Below, one piece after another: positions 12,390 to 25,613 of a stretch of DNA of 64,000 bases. The stretch comes from Antechinus flavipes (Eukaryota). The position numbers were made by a program, and so were the translations under genes. The stretch lies in NCBI RefSeq assembly GCF_016432865.1, contig NC_067398.1:680264001-680328000 (forward strand). The letters are read 5' to 3'. The notes below the pieces were generated by a model. It did not search any database. It had not been told where the DNA came from and saw only the letters and a list, made by a program, of their open reading frames with translations. The number at the start of each line of letters is the position of its first letter. Position 1 is the stretch's first letter.

Positions 12390-12995
12390 TTGATTGTTAT
12401 CCTTTGTTCTTGAAGAGGACCCAAACGACATCACTACGTAAGAATCAAAGTAGTGTGTCTGATATGGCTGAGCAGACCAGGACAAGCCAGGAATGCTCTG
12501 CCACACATCAGACACAAATAGTCCCTTTGAAAATTTTGAGTGGATTCTCTAACTTTGCACATCTCATGTTTCTCTTAGCTAATTCAATTCCATTTTACTC
12601 ATAGAGCACAGCATCTTCTCTGATGAGGGCACACCATGCGAGGTGGTCCTGTGCCATTGTCTCCCAAGTCACACAATCAATTCTAAAGTTCTTAAGAGAG
12701 ACCTTGAGAATGTCCTTGTATTGCTTTTTCTAACCACCCTGTGAGCACTTGCCCTGTGTGAGCTCTCCATAAAATAGTCTTTTTGGCAAGCGTACATTTG
12801 GCATTCAAAAATTGGCCAGAGTTGCACTCTCCGCAGTAGAATTTGAATGCTTGGCAGTTTAGTTTGAGAAAGAATCTTATCAGCCAAGTGATCTTCGGAA
12901 TTTTCCCAAGACAATTCAAATGGAAGTGATTCAGTTTCCCAGCACTGTGCTAGTATGCTGTCCAGGTTTCGCAAGCACACAACAATGAAGTCAAC
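12390..12995 (-). mobile_element. RTE LINE 3' fragment (RT C-terminus and 3'UTR)
   Basis: Minus-strand fragments NCLGKIPKITW..KI...LSQTKLPSIQILLRRVQL match the RTE-clade RT C-terminal region. Confidence 0.8.
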
Positions 12996-13542
12996 ATAAT
13001 GGCTCTGTAGACCTTCAGTTTAATAGTCAGTGGAAAATCTCTCCTCTCCCACACTTACTAAGTAAGGAAATGGATACACTCAAGATTTACAAAATAAGTA
13101 GAAGGTAACCTCACAGGAGAAAGCTCTAGCATCAAGGCAGACTGGGAAAGTCTTCCGCAGAGCAGCTGACCCTTGAAGAAAAATAGGAGCAATCCCAATG
13201 AAATTAGTCGATGCAAAGATAAGGAGGTGCAAGGTGGACATGGTCCATGTATGAATTTGTTTTACTTGCTATAACTATTTGTTATCAGGGAGGAAGACAT
13301 GTATTTAGAGGGGTGACAGAATTATAGGAGAGCAGTAGTTGATTAGTGATAAGTATCAGTGACACATAAGAACATACTTTTAAAAAGGCTTAAAGTTACA
13401 AGCAGACAGACAAGGAAGGCAATGTGCTGTTATTACTGTAATTACTGTTATTACTATATTCATTAAAAAACAAAGCCGTATATAAGAGAAGCAGGTGTCA
13501 TACACAACCCTTTTCTTGTTCTTTTTTTGATTTGTTTGTTTT

Positions 13543-13662
13543 GCTGAGGCAATTAGGATTAAGTGACTTTCATAGGGTCACACAGCTGGGAAGTGTTAAT
13601 TTGAATTCAGGTCCTCCTGACTTCAAGCCTGGTGCTCTATCCACTGTGCCATCTAGCTACCT
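13543..13662 (-). mobile_element. WSINE1-like short CORE-SINE
   Basis: Similar to the copy at 7325-7462. Confidence 0.7.
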
Positions 13663-14029
13663 CTCTTCTTGTTCTTTATATGCAGAGATATTCATTATTT
13701 GTTGATGAAAAGAAACAAATTTAAATCATATTTGGGTAAATTCTTTGGATCTATGCTGAGAAAGACTGATATTATTAGTGGCAAATGAGCAAAAAGAGTT
13801 ACAATGGAGGTGGACATGATCCCTGACCATTCCTCATAGGGAGTCTTAGAGAAAGAGACTTCTATGTCCTGCTTTCTGGAAAGAGAAGGGAAAGAACTAG
13901 GTCTATCTATCCTTTTAAAAGCTACTGAGGAAAAACTCTTCATGGCTCAGCTAAAGAAGAGAATTGCTTCACCATCTCAAAGCCCCAGGTTCTTTAAATG
14001 TTGAACCAAAATGTATGTTGTCCACCAGA

Positions 14030-16560
14030 AATGGGGTTAGGTTAATTGCATATCCAATTTGTTGATCTGCTCTTTCTCTCCTTTATTGATGTGGTAGAAA
14101 TATGAATTTTCCTCTAGGTACTGTTTGCTTACTATAAACTTTGATATATTGTCTCATTGATGGCTTGTTAGATATCCTTTTACAAGATAGGGTTATTTAA
14201 TTATTCTATTTTCTCTTCTAATCTTCTGGGCAGTTTATTTTTTGGTAAATATTCATTTAGTTAATTGTCAGATTTATTGAAATATGATTGCATAAAATAG
14301 TTCCTAACAATCCCTTAATTTCATGGGCAATGGTGGTAAATTTGCTCTTTTCATTTTTGATACTGGTGATTTGCTTTTCTTCTGTCTTTTTAAAAAATCA
14401 AATTAACTAATGGCTTAATCTAGTTTTTTAAAATAAAACCAGCTTTAATTTTATTTATTAGTTCAATGGTTTTCTTAGTTTCCGTTTTATTAAATTCTCT
14501 TTTGATCTTCAGAGTTGCCAATTTAGTGTTTAACTGGGGATTTTTTACTTGTTATTTTCTGTTTTCTTTTGGTTACATATTGATCTGTTCATTCTCTATT
14601 TTGTTTATATAAGCATTTAGAGATACAAATTCTCCCTGAAGCACTGTTTTAGCTACATCCCATGAATTTTGGTATGTTGTCTCATTGTCATTGTCTTTAA
14701 TGAAAGTATTGATTGTTCTTATGATTTGGTTTTTGACCTATTTATTCTTTAGAATTACATTACTTAGTTTCCAATTAATTTTAATCTGTTTCCATGGCTC
14801 TTTATTAAATATAATTTTGTTTGTGATTTATGCATTTATTTATATTAATTATACATTATGATCTTAAAAGGATGAATTTAATATTTATGCTTTCTGCCTT
14901 TGGTTATAAAAATTGTATGTACTAATACATGATCAAATATTCTTTAGGTGCCATGTACCATCAAGAAAAAAGTATATTCCTTTCTATTCACATTCAATTT
15001 TCTATCATATTTAGCTTTTCTAAAAATCTATTCATCCCTTTAACTTCTTTCTTATTTTTTTTGGTGGGGGGGTTAAATTAATCTAGTTCTGAGGGGAAAG
15101 CTGAAGTCCATCACTAGGATAGTTTTATTGTCTATTTCCTCTTGTAACTCATTTAATCTTTCCTTTAAGAATTTGAATGCCATAGTATTTGATGTATATA
15201 TTCAGTATCAATATTACCTCATTTTTATGGTACCTTTTTAACGAAATATAGTTTCCCTGTTTATCACTTTTAATTAGATCTGTTTTTGCTTTTGCTTGTC
15301 TGAGATCATGATTGCTACCCTGCTTTTTTTTTTTTAACTTGAGTCGAAACAATAGAATCTTCCTCAGTCTTTTGCCTTTACTCTGTGTGGGGGGTGGGGG
15401 TGGAGGGAGGTGTGGAAGGGGGGGTGTTTTAAATATGTTTCTTGTAAACACAATGTATGTGTTTCTGTTTTATGGGTGAGTTCAAAGCATTCATATTCAC
15501 AGTTATGATTATTGTGCAGTTCCCTTCAACCTACTTTCCCCTCCACTCTATTTATCTCTCTCTCTTTTCACCTTGTTCCTTCTCAAAACTATTTTGCTTC
15601 TGACTACTACCTCCCCCAAATTTCCTTCCCTTTTCTAAATCCTCCCTTCTCTTGCCCCATTCTCCCCTATTACTTGTAGGGTAAGAAAGATTTCCATGCC
15701 CAAGCGAATATTTATCCTCTTTGAGCCAGTCCTGGTGGAAGTAAGGATCAAACATTACCCACCACCATTCTACTATTGCCCCCTCCACTGTAAAAGCTAT
15801 TTTGTGCTTGTTTTTTCTTCAGCATTTTTGTGCCTCTTTTACAGAGCTATTAATCCTCTTTTAATAATTTTCTTGCATAGCATTCACTTCTTTCCTCAAC
15901 TTTTCATCTACACACTCTTCTTTGACTTTTAGTAATTTTTTTCTGCTGTTTTTCAAAAATTTCTTTAGTTCTTCTAGGAATTCTTCTTGGGTTCATATAC
16001 AGTTTAAGCTTTACTTATAGACATTTTCAGGTCATTGACTTCTTCTGGATAAAGGATTTATCCTGGAACTTTCCTGTCACCATAGCAACTTTTTCTGGCC
16101 AGATTGGGTTGGTTTTTTTTTTTTTTTTTGGTTCATTTTCCAGCCTATTTCTTGACTTAGACTTTATATTAAAGTTAAGCTCTGCCCACCTGGAGATTGG
16201 GGGTGGGGCAAGAGAATGGGGTATGAGTAGCCTAAGCTTCTGTGATTTGTTTGGTTTTTTGTATTTATGTTGCTTTCATAGCTTGGTCTGGGAACCTATA
16301 AGTTTTTATTTTTCCAATGCAGCATAGTCTGAGGAGAAATCTGGCTATTGCCCTCCTGGTCTGAACTCTGCTCTATACATGTTGGGACCCTGTTCCCTCA
16401 TAACTTCAACCTTCCTGGAACTGTGGCCTGGAACTGGGTAACAGAGTTGCCTGATAGCACTTAATCCTGTAACCAGTGTTAATACAGGGGTCCCCTGGGA
16501 TCTCTTTCTGAACAAGTGTTAATTCCTTCACCATCCCTAGGCACTTGTCTGTTCGATATC
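14030..16560 (-). mobile_element. Old, decayed L1 (5' region and EN domain)
   Basis: Minus-strand translation with EN-like QAKAKTDLIKSDKQGNYI...ILNIY; T-rich on +; edges approximate. Confidence 0.75.
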
Positions 16561-18914
16561 CAAAAGCCACATCAAGTCTGCAGATTTCTCTGTATCTCTC
16601 TGTGTCTCTCTGTCTCTGTCTCTCTCTCTGTCTCTGTGTCTCTCCCTCCTTCCCTCTCCCTCTCCCTCCCCCCTTCCCTCCACCCCTCTCTCTCTTTCTT
16701 TGAACTGCCCTGGGCTAGGAAAATATTCACTCTGACTTTGTCATGGCTTCCCCACTCAAATTCACTTTGACATTTTCTGTATCATGCTGCTTCCCTCTCT
16801 TTTCATTCTATCTTCTAGGACCCGATCCTTTTACTTGCCTGTTCCTATTCTGTCCTTAATTCATATGTCCTGGATCCTTCTATCCCTGGTCTCAATAAAT
16901 TCAATCTTTATTTTTTGGGACCCTGCACTTCTGTTTCCCACTGACTCATACTTTATCCTTTATCCCACCTTCACCAGCTGCCCTGCCCTTAACTTCTCTC
17001 TTCCTCACTCTGTGTAGGCATTATGCCTATCCTCCCATGCTGGAGTGTTCAATGATTTAGGTTAGGGAAGTGGGATTGGAGTTGAGGGGCTGATGACTCC
17101 TGAGTTTTTATTGGTCTTGTGGGTCATGAAGGAAGAAGCCATACAAGGAGTGAAGTCAAACCTGCAGGGGCAGGAAATTGCACCCAATCCCAGATATCCA
17201 ATCCCCCCTTCCATCCTCTCCCCTCTTTAACTTCAGCACCAGGGACAGCATAGAATGGGGAGGAAAGTCTAGGAAAGTATTTTAATTCTGTGTGTAGAAA
17301 TGTGAAGCATATAGAAATAGGTTTCTAGTTTCTGTGCATATGAATATACACATACGTATGTGCACATGTAGAGTGAGTAATATGTAATCTGTGTGTATAT
17401 GACTCTTGGCAACACAGTGTGTGCCTATTATTGTGCCTTCCCTCTGCCATCTCTTTGCCTCAGTCATCTGATTGGGTGATAACACAGAGAACAAACCAGG
17501 GAAAGTATGACTATCATCCAGAGACATGGAAGAGCCATCCAAGCTTGGACCTTGACCCAAGGTACAGATCTTTACTCAGGGCACAGATCTTTTGGTCCCC
17601 CCAATCCATCAGTGGTCCTAAGAGAACTCATCTCCCTTTGGGAAATAGGGGAAAGGGCAGAGAAATTCCATCCAAAAGGAGGGGTGAGCAGGGCCTTAAC
17701 TAATTAAGTGCTGAAGATGCTGGAGGTCAGGCACTCCAAGGAAAGGAGAAAACTTTTATTGAAACTAGGGAGAGACTAATAACACCGAGACCATTCAAAA
17801 CTAGGACACTAAGGCTCCTTGACATTGGACATTTGGACACCAAGGCTGGAAGATTCCCTATGATTCTGGAGAACTTTCCAGGGCTGGAGGCTTCAGGGTT
17901 AGAGTGGGAGGTCCACTTATGGAGCCCAGGATGATGGGGTACAGCAGTGTAGGAAAAGCAAAGTTGCTGAGAGAGAGAAGAATCATCATAGTCAAGAGTG
18001 AATTATCTGAAATGATTCAGGGCAATTCCAATAGACTTGTGATGGAAGAAGCCAATTACATCCAGAGGAAGAAATATGGAGACTGAACGTAGGTCAAAAC
18101 ATAGGATTTTTCATCTTTTTGTTGTTGTTTGCTTGGTTTTTTTTTCTTTCTCATGTTTTTTTTCTGATCGGATTTTTCTTGCACAGCATGATGAATATGG
18201 AAATATATTTAGAAGAATTGCACATGTTTAACCTATATCAGATTGTTTGTCATCTAGGGCAGGGAAAGGGGAGAGAGACAAAAATTTGGAACACATGATT
18301 TTGCAAAGGTGAATGTTGGAAACTATTTTTGCCAGTATTTAGAAAAAGAAAATACTATTTTTTTTTAAAGAGTGATTTGTCATATGGACTGAGTGGCTGA
18401 GACTAGGACTGATTCCATCAGAAGTTCTTCCTTTCCTTCATCATCTGCTCTATCTTATGCTCCTTCACAAGACCTGGATGTCCAACCCCCATCTTTCCTG
18501 TGCACACAAGCCAGGCATCCATCCTCAAGTCTGATACCTGACACAAGCTGATCAACTTACACATGAACTGTCCAATTGGACAGGAAACAAAGTGAACACA
18601 AAGTTGCAGAAACATAGCTTTGGCGATAGTCAAGTTCCCTAGTGGGTGTGAGCCAAGGGGAACAAAAGAGTTTCAAATAACCCTGAACTGAGTTCAGTTT
18701 CCATATTTTCTTCTGCATGAGTTCATAGACAGCTCCCTATCCCCACCCTCTCTGGGATCCATAACCCCAGCTAGAAAGTCCTCTTGTGAAGATGGAAGAA
18801 GGAGGAAACAATTGTTCCTGGAGTACTCCCAGACAAACTTCTACCTGTCAAGGTAGAAGACCCAGGGATCCAGGTTCAGACTTTACCTCCCAGTTCCTTC
18901 AATATCCTAGCATG

Positions 18915-20289
18915 GGGAAAGGGATCTGTATGTGCCAAAGTGTTTGTGGCAGCCCTGTTTGTAGTGGCTAGAAACTGGAAAATGAATGGATGCCCATCAA
19001 TTGGAGAATGGTTGAGTAAATTGTGGTATATGAACGTTATGGAATATTATTGTTCTATAAGGAATGACCAGCAGGATGAATACAGAGAGGACTGGCAAGA
19101 CTTACATGAACTGATGCTAAGGGAAATGAGCAGAACCAGGAGATCATTATATACCTCAACAATGATACTGTTTGAGGATGTATTCTCATGGAAGTGGAGC
19201 TCTTCGATAAAGAGAGCTAATTCTATTTCAATTGATCAAAGATGGACAGAAGCAGCTACACCCAAAGAAAGAACACTGGGAAATGAATATAAACTGCTTG
19301 CATTTTTGTTCTTCTTCCCGGGTTATTTATACCTTCTGAATTCAATTCTCCCTGTGCAACAAGAAAACTGTTCGGTTCTGCACATGTATATTGTATCTAG
19401 GATATACTGTAACCTGTTCAACATGTAAAGGACTGCTTGCCATCTGGGAGAGGGGGTGGAGGGAGGGAGGGGAAAAATCGGAACAGAAGTGAATGCAAGG
19501 ATGTTTCTATTGGGCTTATACCCCAAAGAGATACTAAAAAAGGGAAAAGGACCTGTATGTGCCAAAATGTTGGTAGCAGCCCTGTTTGTAGTGGCTAGAA
19601 ACTGGAAAATGAATGGATGCCCATCAATTGGAGAATGGCTGGGTAAATTGTGGTATATGAATGTTATGGAATATTATTGCTCTGTAAGGAATGACCAGCA
19701 GGATGAATACAGAGAGGCTTGGAGAGACCTACATGGACTGATGCTAAGTGAGATGAGCAGAACCAGGAGATCATTATACACTTCGACAACGATATTGTAT
19801 GAGGATGTATTCTGATGGAAGTGGATTTCTCTGACAAAGAGACTTAACTGAGTTTCATTGGATAAATGATGGACAGAAACAGCTACACCCAAAGAAGGAA
19901 TATTGGGAAATGAATGTGAACTATTTGATTTTTGATTTTCTTCCCAAGTTATTTTTACCTTCTGAATCCAATTCTCCCTGTGCAGCGGGAGAACTGTTCG
20001 GTTCTGCAAATATGTATTGTATCTAGGATATACTGCAACATATTTAACATATATAGGACTGCTTGCCATCTTGGGGGGGGGGGAGGAGGGAGGGAGGGGA
20101 AAAAGCGAAACATAAGTGATTGCAAGGGATAATGCTGTGTAAAAATTATCCTGGCATGGATTCTGTCAATACAAAGTTATTATTAAATAAAATTAAATTA
20201 AAAAAAAAAAAAAAAGAAGTGAATGCAAGGGATAATGCTGTAAAAAATTACCCTGGCATGGGTTCTATCAATTAAAAGTTATTTTAAAA
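18915..20289 (+). mobile_element. 5'-truncated L1 (outer), interrupted by a second L1
   Basis: ORF2 C-terminus (MFVAALFVVARNWK...) plus 3'UTR; 14-bp TSD AATATCCTAGCATG at 18901-18914 and 20290-20303. Confidence 0.9.
19501..20214 (+). mobile_element. 5'-truncated L1 (inner) nested in the 3'UTR of the outer L1
   Basis: ORF2 tail, 3'UTR and poly(A); 16-bp TSD AGAAGTGAATGCAAGG at 19485-19500 and 20215-20230. Confidence 0.92.
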
Positions 20290-20461
20290 AATATCCTAGC
20301 ATGACAGATGCTCCCCATTAGCAGTGCCTGAAATTCTGGGACCTCCCTAGTTAGGGCCAACAGAAACATTAAGTTATAGAGGGAGAGGGCTGAGCAGAAA
20401 TTTGGGCAGACCCCGTCCTGACCCTAAATAATCACTCTGGACACTCTGTCCACATGCCACA

Positions 20462-20467
20462 TTTATT
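20462..20467 (-). terminator. RETN polyadenylation signal AATAAA
   Basis: TTTATT on + about 90 nt after the RETN stop codon. Confidence 0.75.
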
Positions 20468-20555
20468 TAACTCTTCAGCTTTGACTCCTGGGAGCAGGTC
20501 AGACTCAAGAAGGAGTTGGTGGGAAGAAAGCAAGGGAAGAATCTGTCTTGGCTCA

Positions 20556-21403
20556 TCAGTTCCCAAGCCTGCAGCAGCGGGCACTAGTCCAGTCCATTCC
20601 AGCACATTGACAGTGACAAGTGGTGGTCCCACGAACATCCCAGGAGCCACACGCTGAGCCACATGAACAGCCCGTGACAATGGAATCTAAGAAGAAGAGA
20701 GTCTGAAGCTTGGACTCTGGAGTCCTGGGTAGGGAGGAAAACTGAAGTTTTGATACCACGGTCCTGGAGGAGAAGGAAACTGGGTCGAGATGCCAGATGA
20801 CTGGGGGTTAAAGGGGGCAGAGGGAGCTGGGGCTAGAATATTAGATTCCAAACTCACCTGAGGGGCAGGTGGCTAGAGCACCCCGAGAAGTCACACTGGA
20901 GCAGATCAGTTGAAGCTTTTGAAGGGTGGCCAGCACTGAACCATTACAAAGAAGAACAAGATTGTAAGATTCCTGTCCAGCCTTCTCCTGCACCAAGATG
21001 ATTCCCCTTTGGTGCCAGCCAGGGAGCTCCCAAACCTTCCCATGTCTATGGTTAGGTCTCCTCTTCTTCCCATTGGAACCTACTCCAATGGGCTCTGAGT
21101 CCAGTGGTCAGAGGAAGAATGAGCAGGCAGATCCTGACAGGTCAGGCAAAGTGATAGGGTCTAGTTCAGCTTAGTTTGGGATTAGATTTGGGGTAAGGGG
21201 CCAGGGGCGGGTCAAGAAGGAGGTCTGGGATCTGGGATGAGGGTCAAGGTTGGAGTTTATCCACATCCAGGGGCTATGGTACCATAGGAACTGGCCTGCT
21301 CCTCGATCTTCTTGTTTAAGAGATCATCTAGGGGACATCCTAAGACCAGCTGCCCAGGAAGGATGAGGAAGATGAGGAAGAGGCAGAAGGAGGCAGTCAT
21401 CAT
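20556..21403 (-). CDS. RETN: Resistin precursor, 3 coding exons, 109 aa
   Basis: Exons 21283-21403, 20858-20935, 20556-20686. Hydrophobic signal peptide, then [13 protein letters not shown] helix, then the resistin cysteine pattern C-X11-C-X8-C-X-C-X3-C-X10-C-X-C-X-C-X9-CC ([34 protein letters not shown]). A splice acceptor lies 11 nt before the ATG. Confidence 0.95.
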
Positions 21404-21613
21404 CCCACTGGCTCCTGGAGAGAAGAGAAATTTGGAATCAGCCATCCCAATGAAAACAAGGAGGTTTGGCCCTCACTAGATTTAGGACAAGGGGCTGGGA
21501 CATCAGGGTTTTTTCTATAAAAGTCAACATAACAGCTTCCAGAGATGGGGCCTTGGAGTTTGGGCAGGGGAAGAGTGGAGGGCAAGAGAAGTAGAAGGAG
21601 GAATATCTCTCAC

Positions 21614-21660
21614 CTTTGAGCAGAGTGGAGAAGGTGTTGATGATGGTCTGCCAGACTCTG
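21614..21660 (-). other. RETN: Probable non-coding exon 1 of RETN (5' boundary unknown)
   Basis: AAG|GTGAGA donor at 21614/21613 would give a 199-nt intron to the acceptor at 21415; human RETN also has a short non-coding first exon. A C/EBP-like TTGGGCAA lies at 21779-21786. Confidence 0.5.
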
Positions 21661-22991
21661 AGATGACAGGCCCTCCAAGTCCCAGTGCACCCTCCTCCCC
21701 CTTCTCTTCCCCACCCTCAACCTCTCCCCACCCTTCTCCATCTCCCCAAAGAAGAAATGCTGACTGTGGTTTCCGGTCTTGGGCAAGTGAGCCTTCCAAT
21801 TCTGGCTCTAGGCCTTTGGTTTCCCAATAGCACAGACCCCCGAGGCTGGGGGGAGGGCAGAGCTTGGTTGGATAGAGAGACTGGAGTAGAGTGTCTCCCT
21901 GGGGCAGGGAGTGCTTTTGGATCCCAGGAGAGCACCCAGTGCCCTAAGATCTCTCCCCCTCTGGCAAATGACTCTACCTGAAATCCTACCATCAATATGA
22001 ATCATCTGGGCAAATAAGCCATCAGTCACTTAAACAACTTTCTTTCCCTTGTGGGAGGGCTGAATCTCAGTCAGTTGTTTCTTCTCTTCAATCTATATGA
22101 GGCAGGGTCAGCACCTGCCTCAGGGATGGAAGCTGAGAACTTGGAAGAGAGAGGGTGGAGGGTATGAAAGGGCTAGGGAGTTTGGGAGCAATCAGGGGCC
22201 TGAGGAAAGGAATGTGAGATTGATCTGCCCCACCTTTGGGATGCCCTAACTCTACATCTTTAGTACTCTGACACCCCCCACCCCAGCCACCTGCCCACCC
22301 ACTCACACACCCTGTGATCCACACAAATCAGTATTCACACTCTTTCTGCCCTCTACACACTATTTCACTCACACACTTAATAGGACCTGGAATTACTAAA
22401 ACCTCAGTTCAAATCCAATCTCAAACACTTACTAGCTGTGTGAGCCTGGGCAAGTCACTTCACCCTGTTTGCCTCAGTTTCCCCATCTGTAAAATGAGGT
22501 AGAGAAGGAAATGGCACAACACTTCAACATCTCTGCCAAGAAAATCCCATGGAAAGTACCAGCCGCAAGGTCACAAAGTCAGCCACAATTAAACAACAAT
22601 CAATAACCAAACAAGCAGTTAGTAAGCCAGGCACTGTGCTACAGACAGAGGATCATGGATCAGAGCTGGAAGGACCTAAGAAGTCATCTACCCCAAGCCC
22701 CTCATTTTACAGAAGAAAAAACTGAGATAAGAGGCTTGCCCTAGATAATAAGTATCAAAAGCACAATTTGATCCCAGGTCCTCTTGGCTCCAAAGTCAAC
22801 TCTTTCTACGGAACTTCACTGCCCTCAGGAAGCTTATATTCGATAGGAGGAAAGCATGGGACACATTCCCAGATCAGTAAAGGGCAGATAGATATTGGGA
22901 TAGGGACTAGACCGGTGGGTCCTCCCAGATAAAGCAACTCTCTCCACCAATACAGGTCAGCGTTTCCTTGCAATTTATAATTTATAATCTT

Positions 22992-24127
22992 GAGCAATTC
23001 TCAAACTCGTTGGTCTCAGGCCTCCTTTACACTCTGAAATCGTTAAACACTATCTCCTGCCCCTACCAAGAACTTTTGTTAATGTGGGTTACTTCTAGCA
23101 ATATTTATAGTATTAGAAATTAAAATATCGGTATTATTAATGTGAGTGGCTAAGAAGGAAAATAAGAGCTAGAAGAATCACAAGTCAGGCTGTTTGCTAC
23201 TAACAAACAGGCACAAAAGTATGTGGCTCCCCTGACCTACAGCTTCAGCAGGAAACAAAAGTGCCCAGTGGTTTGGTTATGCAATGGGATGTGGACCCCA
23301 GTGGAAAGTTCAGACTTCTTGGATTTTTGCCCTTTGATCTAATTGTTGTTGCTGGACAGATTCACGGAGACTGGGAGGAAAGTCTTTTGTTTTATTTTGT
23401 TCAGTCATTTTTTAATTGTGTTCACCTCTTCATGAACCCCATTGGGATTTTCTTGATAAAGATAGTTGGAGAAATTAGCCATTTTTTTCTCCAGCGCATT
23501 TTACAGATGAGGAAACTGAGGCAAATAGGGTGACTTGCCCAAGGTCACATAGATAGTAAGTATCTGAGACAGGATTTGAATTTAAGAAGATGAGTCTTCC
23601 TGACTCCGGGGCTGGTGTTCTATGCACTGTGGCACCATCTAGCAACCCCAGGAAAATCTCAGAGGCAATCAATCCATGGGTAGTCTGCACTATCACTCCC
23701 CCTTAACAAACAAGGACACTGTGGTTGGTAAAATTCATTAATCTTAAATACCTGAGTTAGATGAAGTTTGCTAACTTTGCTCTTTTAACCTAAACAAGTC
23801 AGTTGTTGGGTACATAAAAACTTCCAGTATATTCAGAGGTCAATCAGTAATTAAACATGGAATCCTTTCTGTAGTCCTTGGACCCAAATGGCTCTGGAGG
23901 AGAGGGGCTGATGATTCTGTACAGCCTTCCCTCACTTAAATTCAACCCATTTTCAAGTCCTTACATCTCCCTGATATTATGGTCCTCTTCAAGAACAAAG
24001 GACAAACAACAAAGGAATTAATAATAGGCCATTTCTCAAAATTATGAAAATAGTTTTAAATTCATGCACCTCCAGAAATAGTCTTGGAACTCCTTAGGGG
24101 TTCCTGACCATCCTTGGAGAACTGCTG
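22992..24127. mobile_element. MER33/Charlie1-like hAT element split by SINE insertions
   Basis: Left end GAGCAATTCTCAAACTCGTTGGTCTCAGG and right end GGAGAACTGCTG form degenerate TIRs resembling the recalled Charlie1/MER33 ends. Confidence 0.55.
23395..23648 (-). mobile_element. Mar1/MIR-type CORE-SINE (similar copies at about 705-960, 1785-2005, 22395-22600, 35450-35690, 36270-36495)
   Basis: CORE TTTTACAGATGAGGAAACTGAGGC..GTGACTTGCCCA.GGTCACA with tRNA-like head. Confidence 0.7.
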
Positions 24128-24889
24128 TCAAGGAGTTGCCTAGAACTATGAGAGGTCAATAATACCACTAGGGTTGCACAGCCAGCTTCACAGCAAAAGA
24201 GAGACTTGAATCCAGAGCTTCTAGGAACCATTTCTTACCTAATCTGAAATACTAATTGGTCTTTGCCTCAGTCAAACCTTAACAGATCTCCCACTGCATC
24301 CAGGCCCATCTCCAGTCATCCTGATCGACATCTGGCCTCTGAACCCAGATAGCTTTGGAGGGGAAATTGAGGCAGATAACCTTACACCGCCTTCCCTCAC
24401 TTAAATCCAATCTACTTTCATTCCAGATGTCAATTTGAAAATGAAGGTCAAAAACAACAATTCCTCAGAGGTTATCACATAAGAAGGTGCTCAAGAAATG
24501 ATTGTTGATTGAACAACTGATTGATTTGAATGTACTGGGGAAAGTCACAAAGGCCCTTTTAAGAAGATGGTACCTGAACTTAAAAGGTACTAGGGGTTCC
24601 AATATTTGAAGGCAAGGAGTTCATTCCAGGCAAGGGGCACAACCTGTGCAAAGATATAGAAGCAGGAGACAAAGATCGTGACAGCAAATTGGACCATTTG
24701 GCTGCAGTATAGAGTATACAAGGGGTAGTAATGTGTAACCCTCTTAGAGAAGTTGGAGTCAAATTACAGAGAGCTTTAAATACCAAACAGAAAAGTTTGC
24801 GCTTTATCCTGAAGCTACTGATGCTTCTGGAGCACCACAGTGACATGTTCAGATCTGGGCTTTTAGAATATCATTTTGTGATGTGATAT

Positions 24890-25380
24890 ATGTATGATAT
24901 GTGATATGAATGTAATGGAATATTTTTGAAGTGATGAGCAGGTGGATTTCAGAAAAAACCTGGAAAGACTTCGATGAACTGATGCTGAATAAAATGAGTA
25001 GAACCAGGAGAACAGTGTGCAGAGCAACAGCAACATTGTACCTAATAAGAGCAACATAGTGTGATGATCAACTATGGTAGACTTGGCTTTTCTCAGCAAT
25101 AAAATGATCCAAGAGAATTCCAAAAGATTCAAGATGGAAAATACTGACCACATCCAGAATCTGCCTGTAGATCAAAGCATACTATTTTCACTTTTTTGTT
25201 CTTGTTTTTTCTTTCTCATGGTTTTTCCCTTCTGTCCTAATTTTTCTTTTACATCCTGATTAATGTGGAAATATATATAACATGATTGCATATGTATAAT
25301 AATATTTATATAATTACGTGCTGTCTTGGGGAGGAAAGAGAGAAAAAACTGAAACTCAAAATCTTATAAAAGTGAATGTT
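24890..25380 (+). mobile_element. Older L1 3'UTR fragment hosting the full-length L1 (resumes at about 31910-31950)
   Basis: Diverged L1 3' end similar to the other old copies in the window; the sequence reads through once the TSD-flanked insert is removed. Confidence 0.7.
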
Positions 25381-25582
25381 GATGGTGGAGAGGAGGCACA
25401 CAGCTATGTAAGCTCCATGTTTTTCTCTCAGAATCCATTCCATTAAAAGCCTCTGAATTAATGCTTGACTGAAAAAAAAAAAACCCACAAATAGTTACCA
25501 AGAGAAGCCATCCTTGAGATTCGCCAGGAAAGGTCTGTTTTTGCTCGAGGGTGGGGACGATTTTAGATCGGGCGGCAGGCTG

Positions 25583-25613
<31 letters not shown>

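Noticed and set aside
13695-13943. 82-aa ORF with a hydrophobic stretch as a processed pseudogene
   Set aside because: Non-ATG start and no recognisable parent protein.
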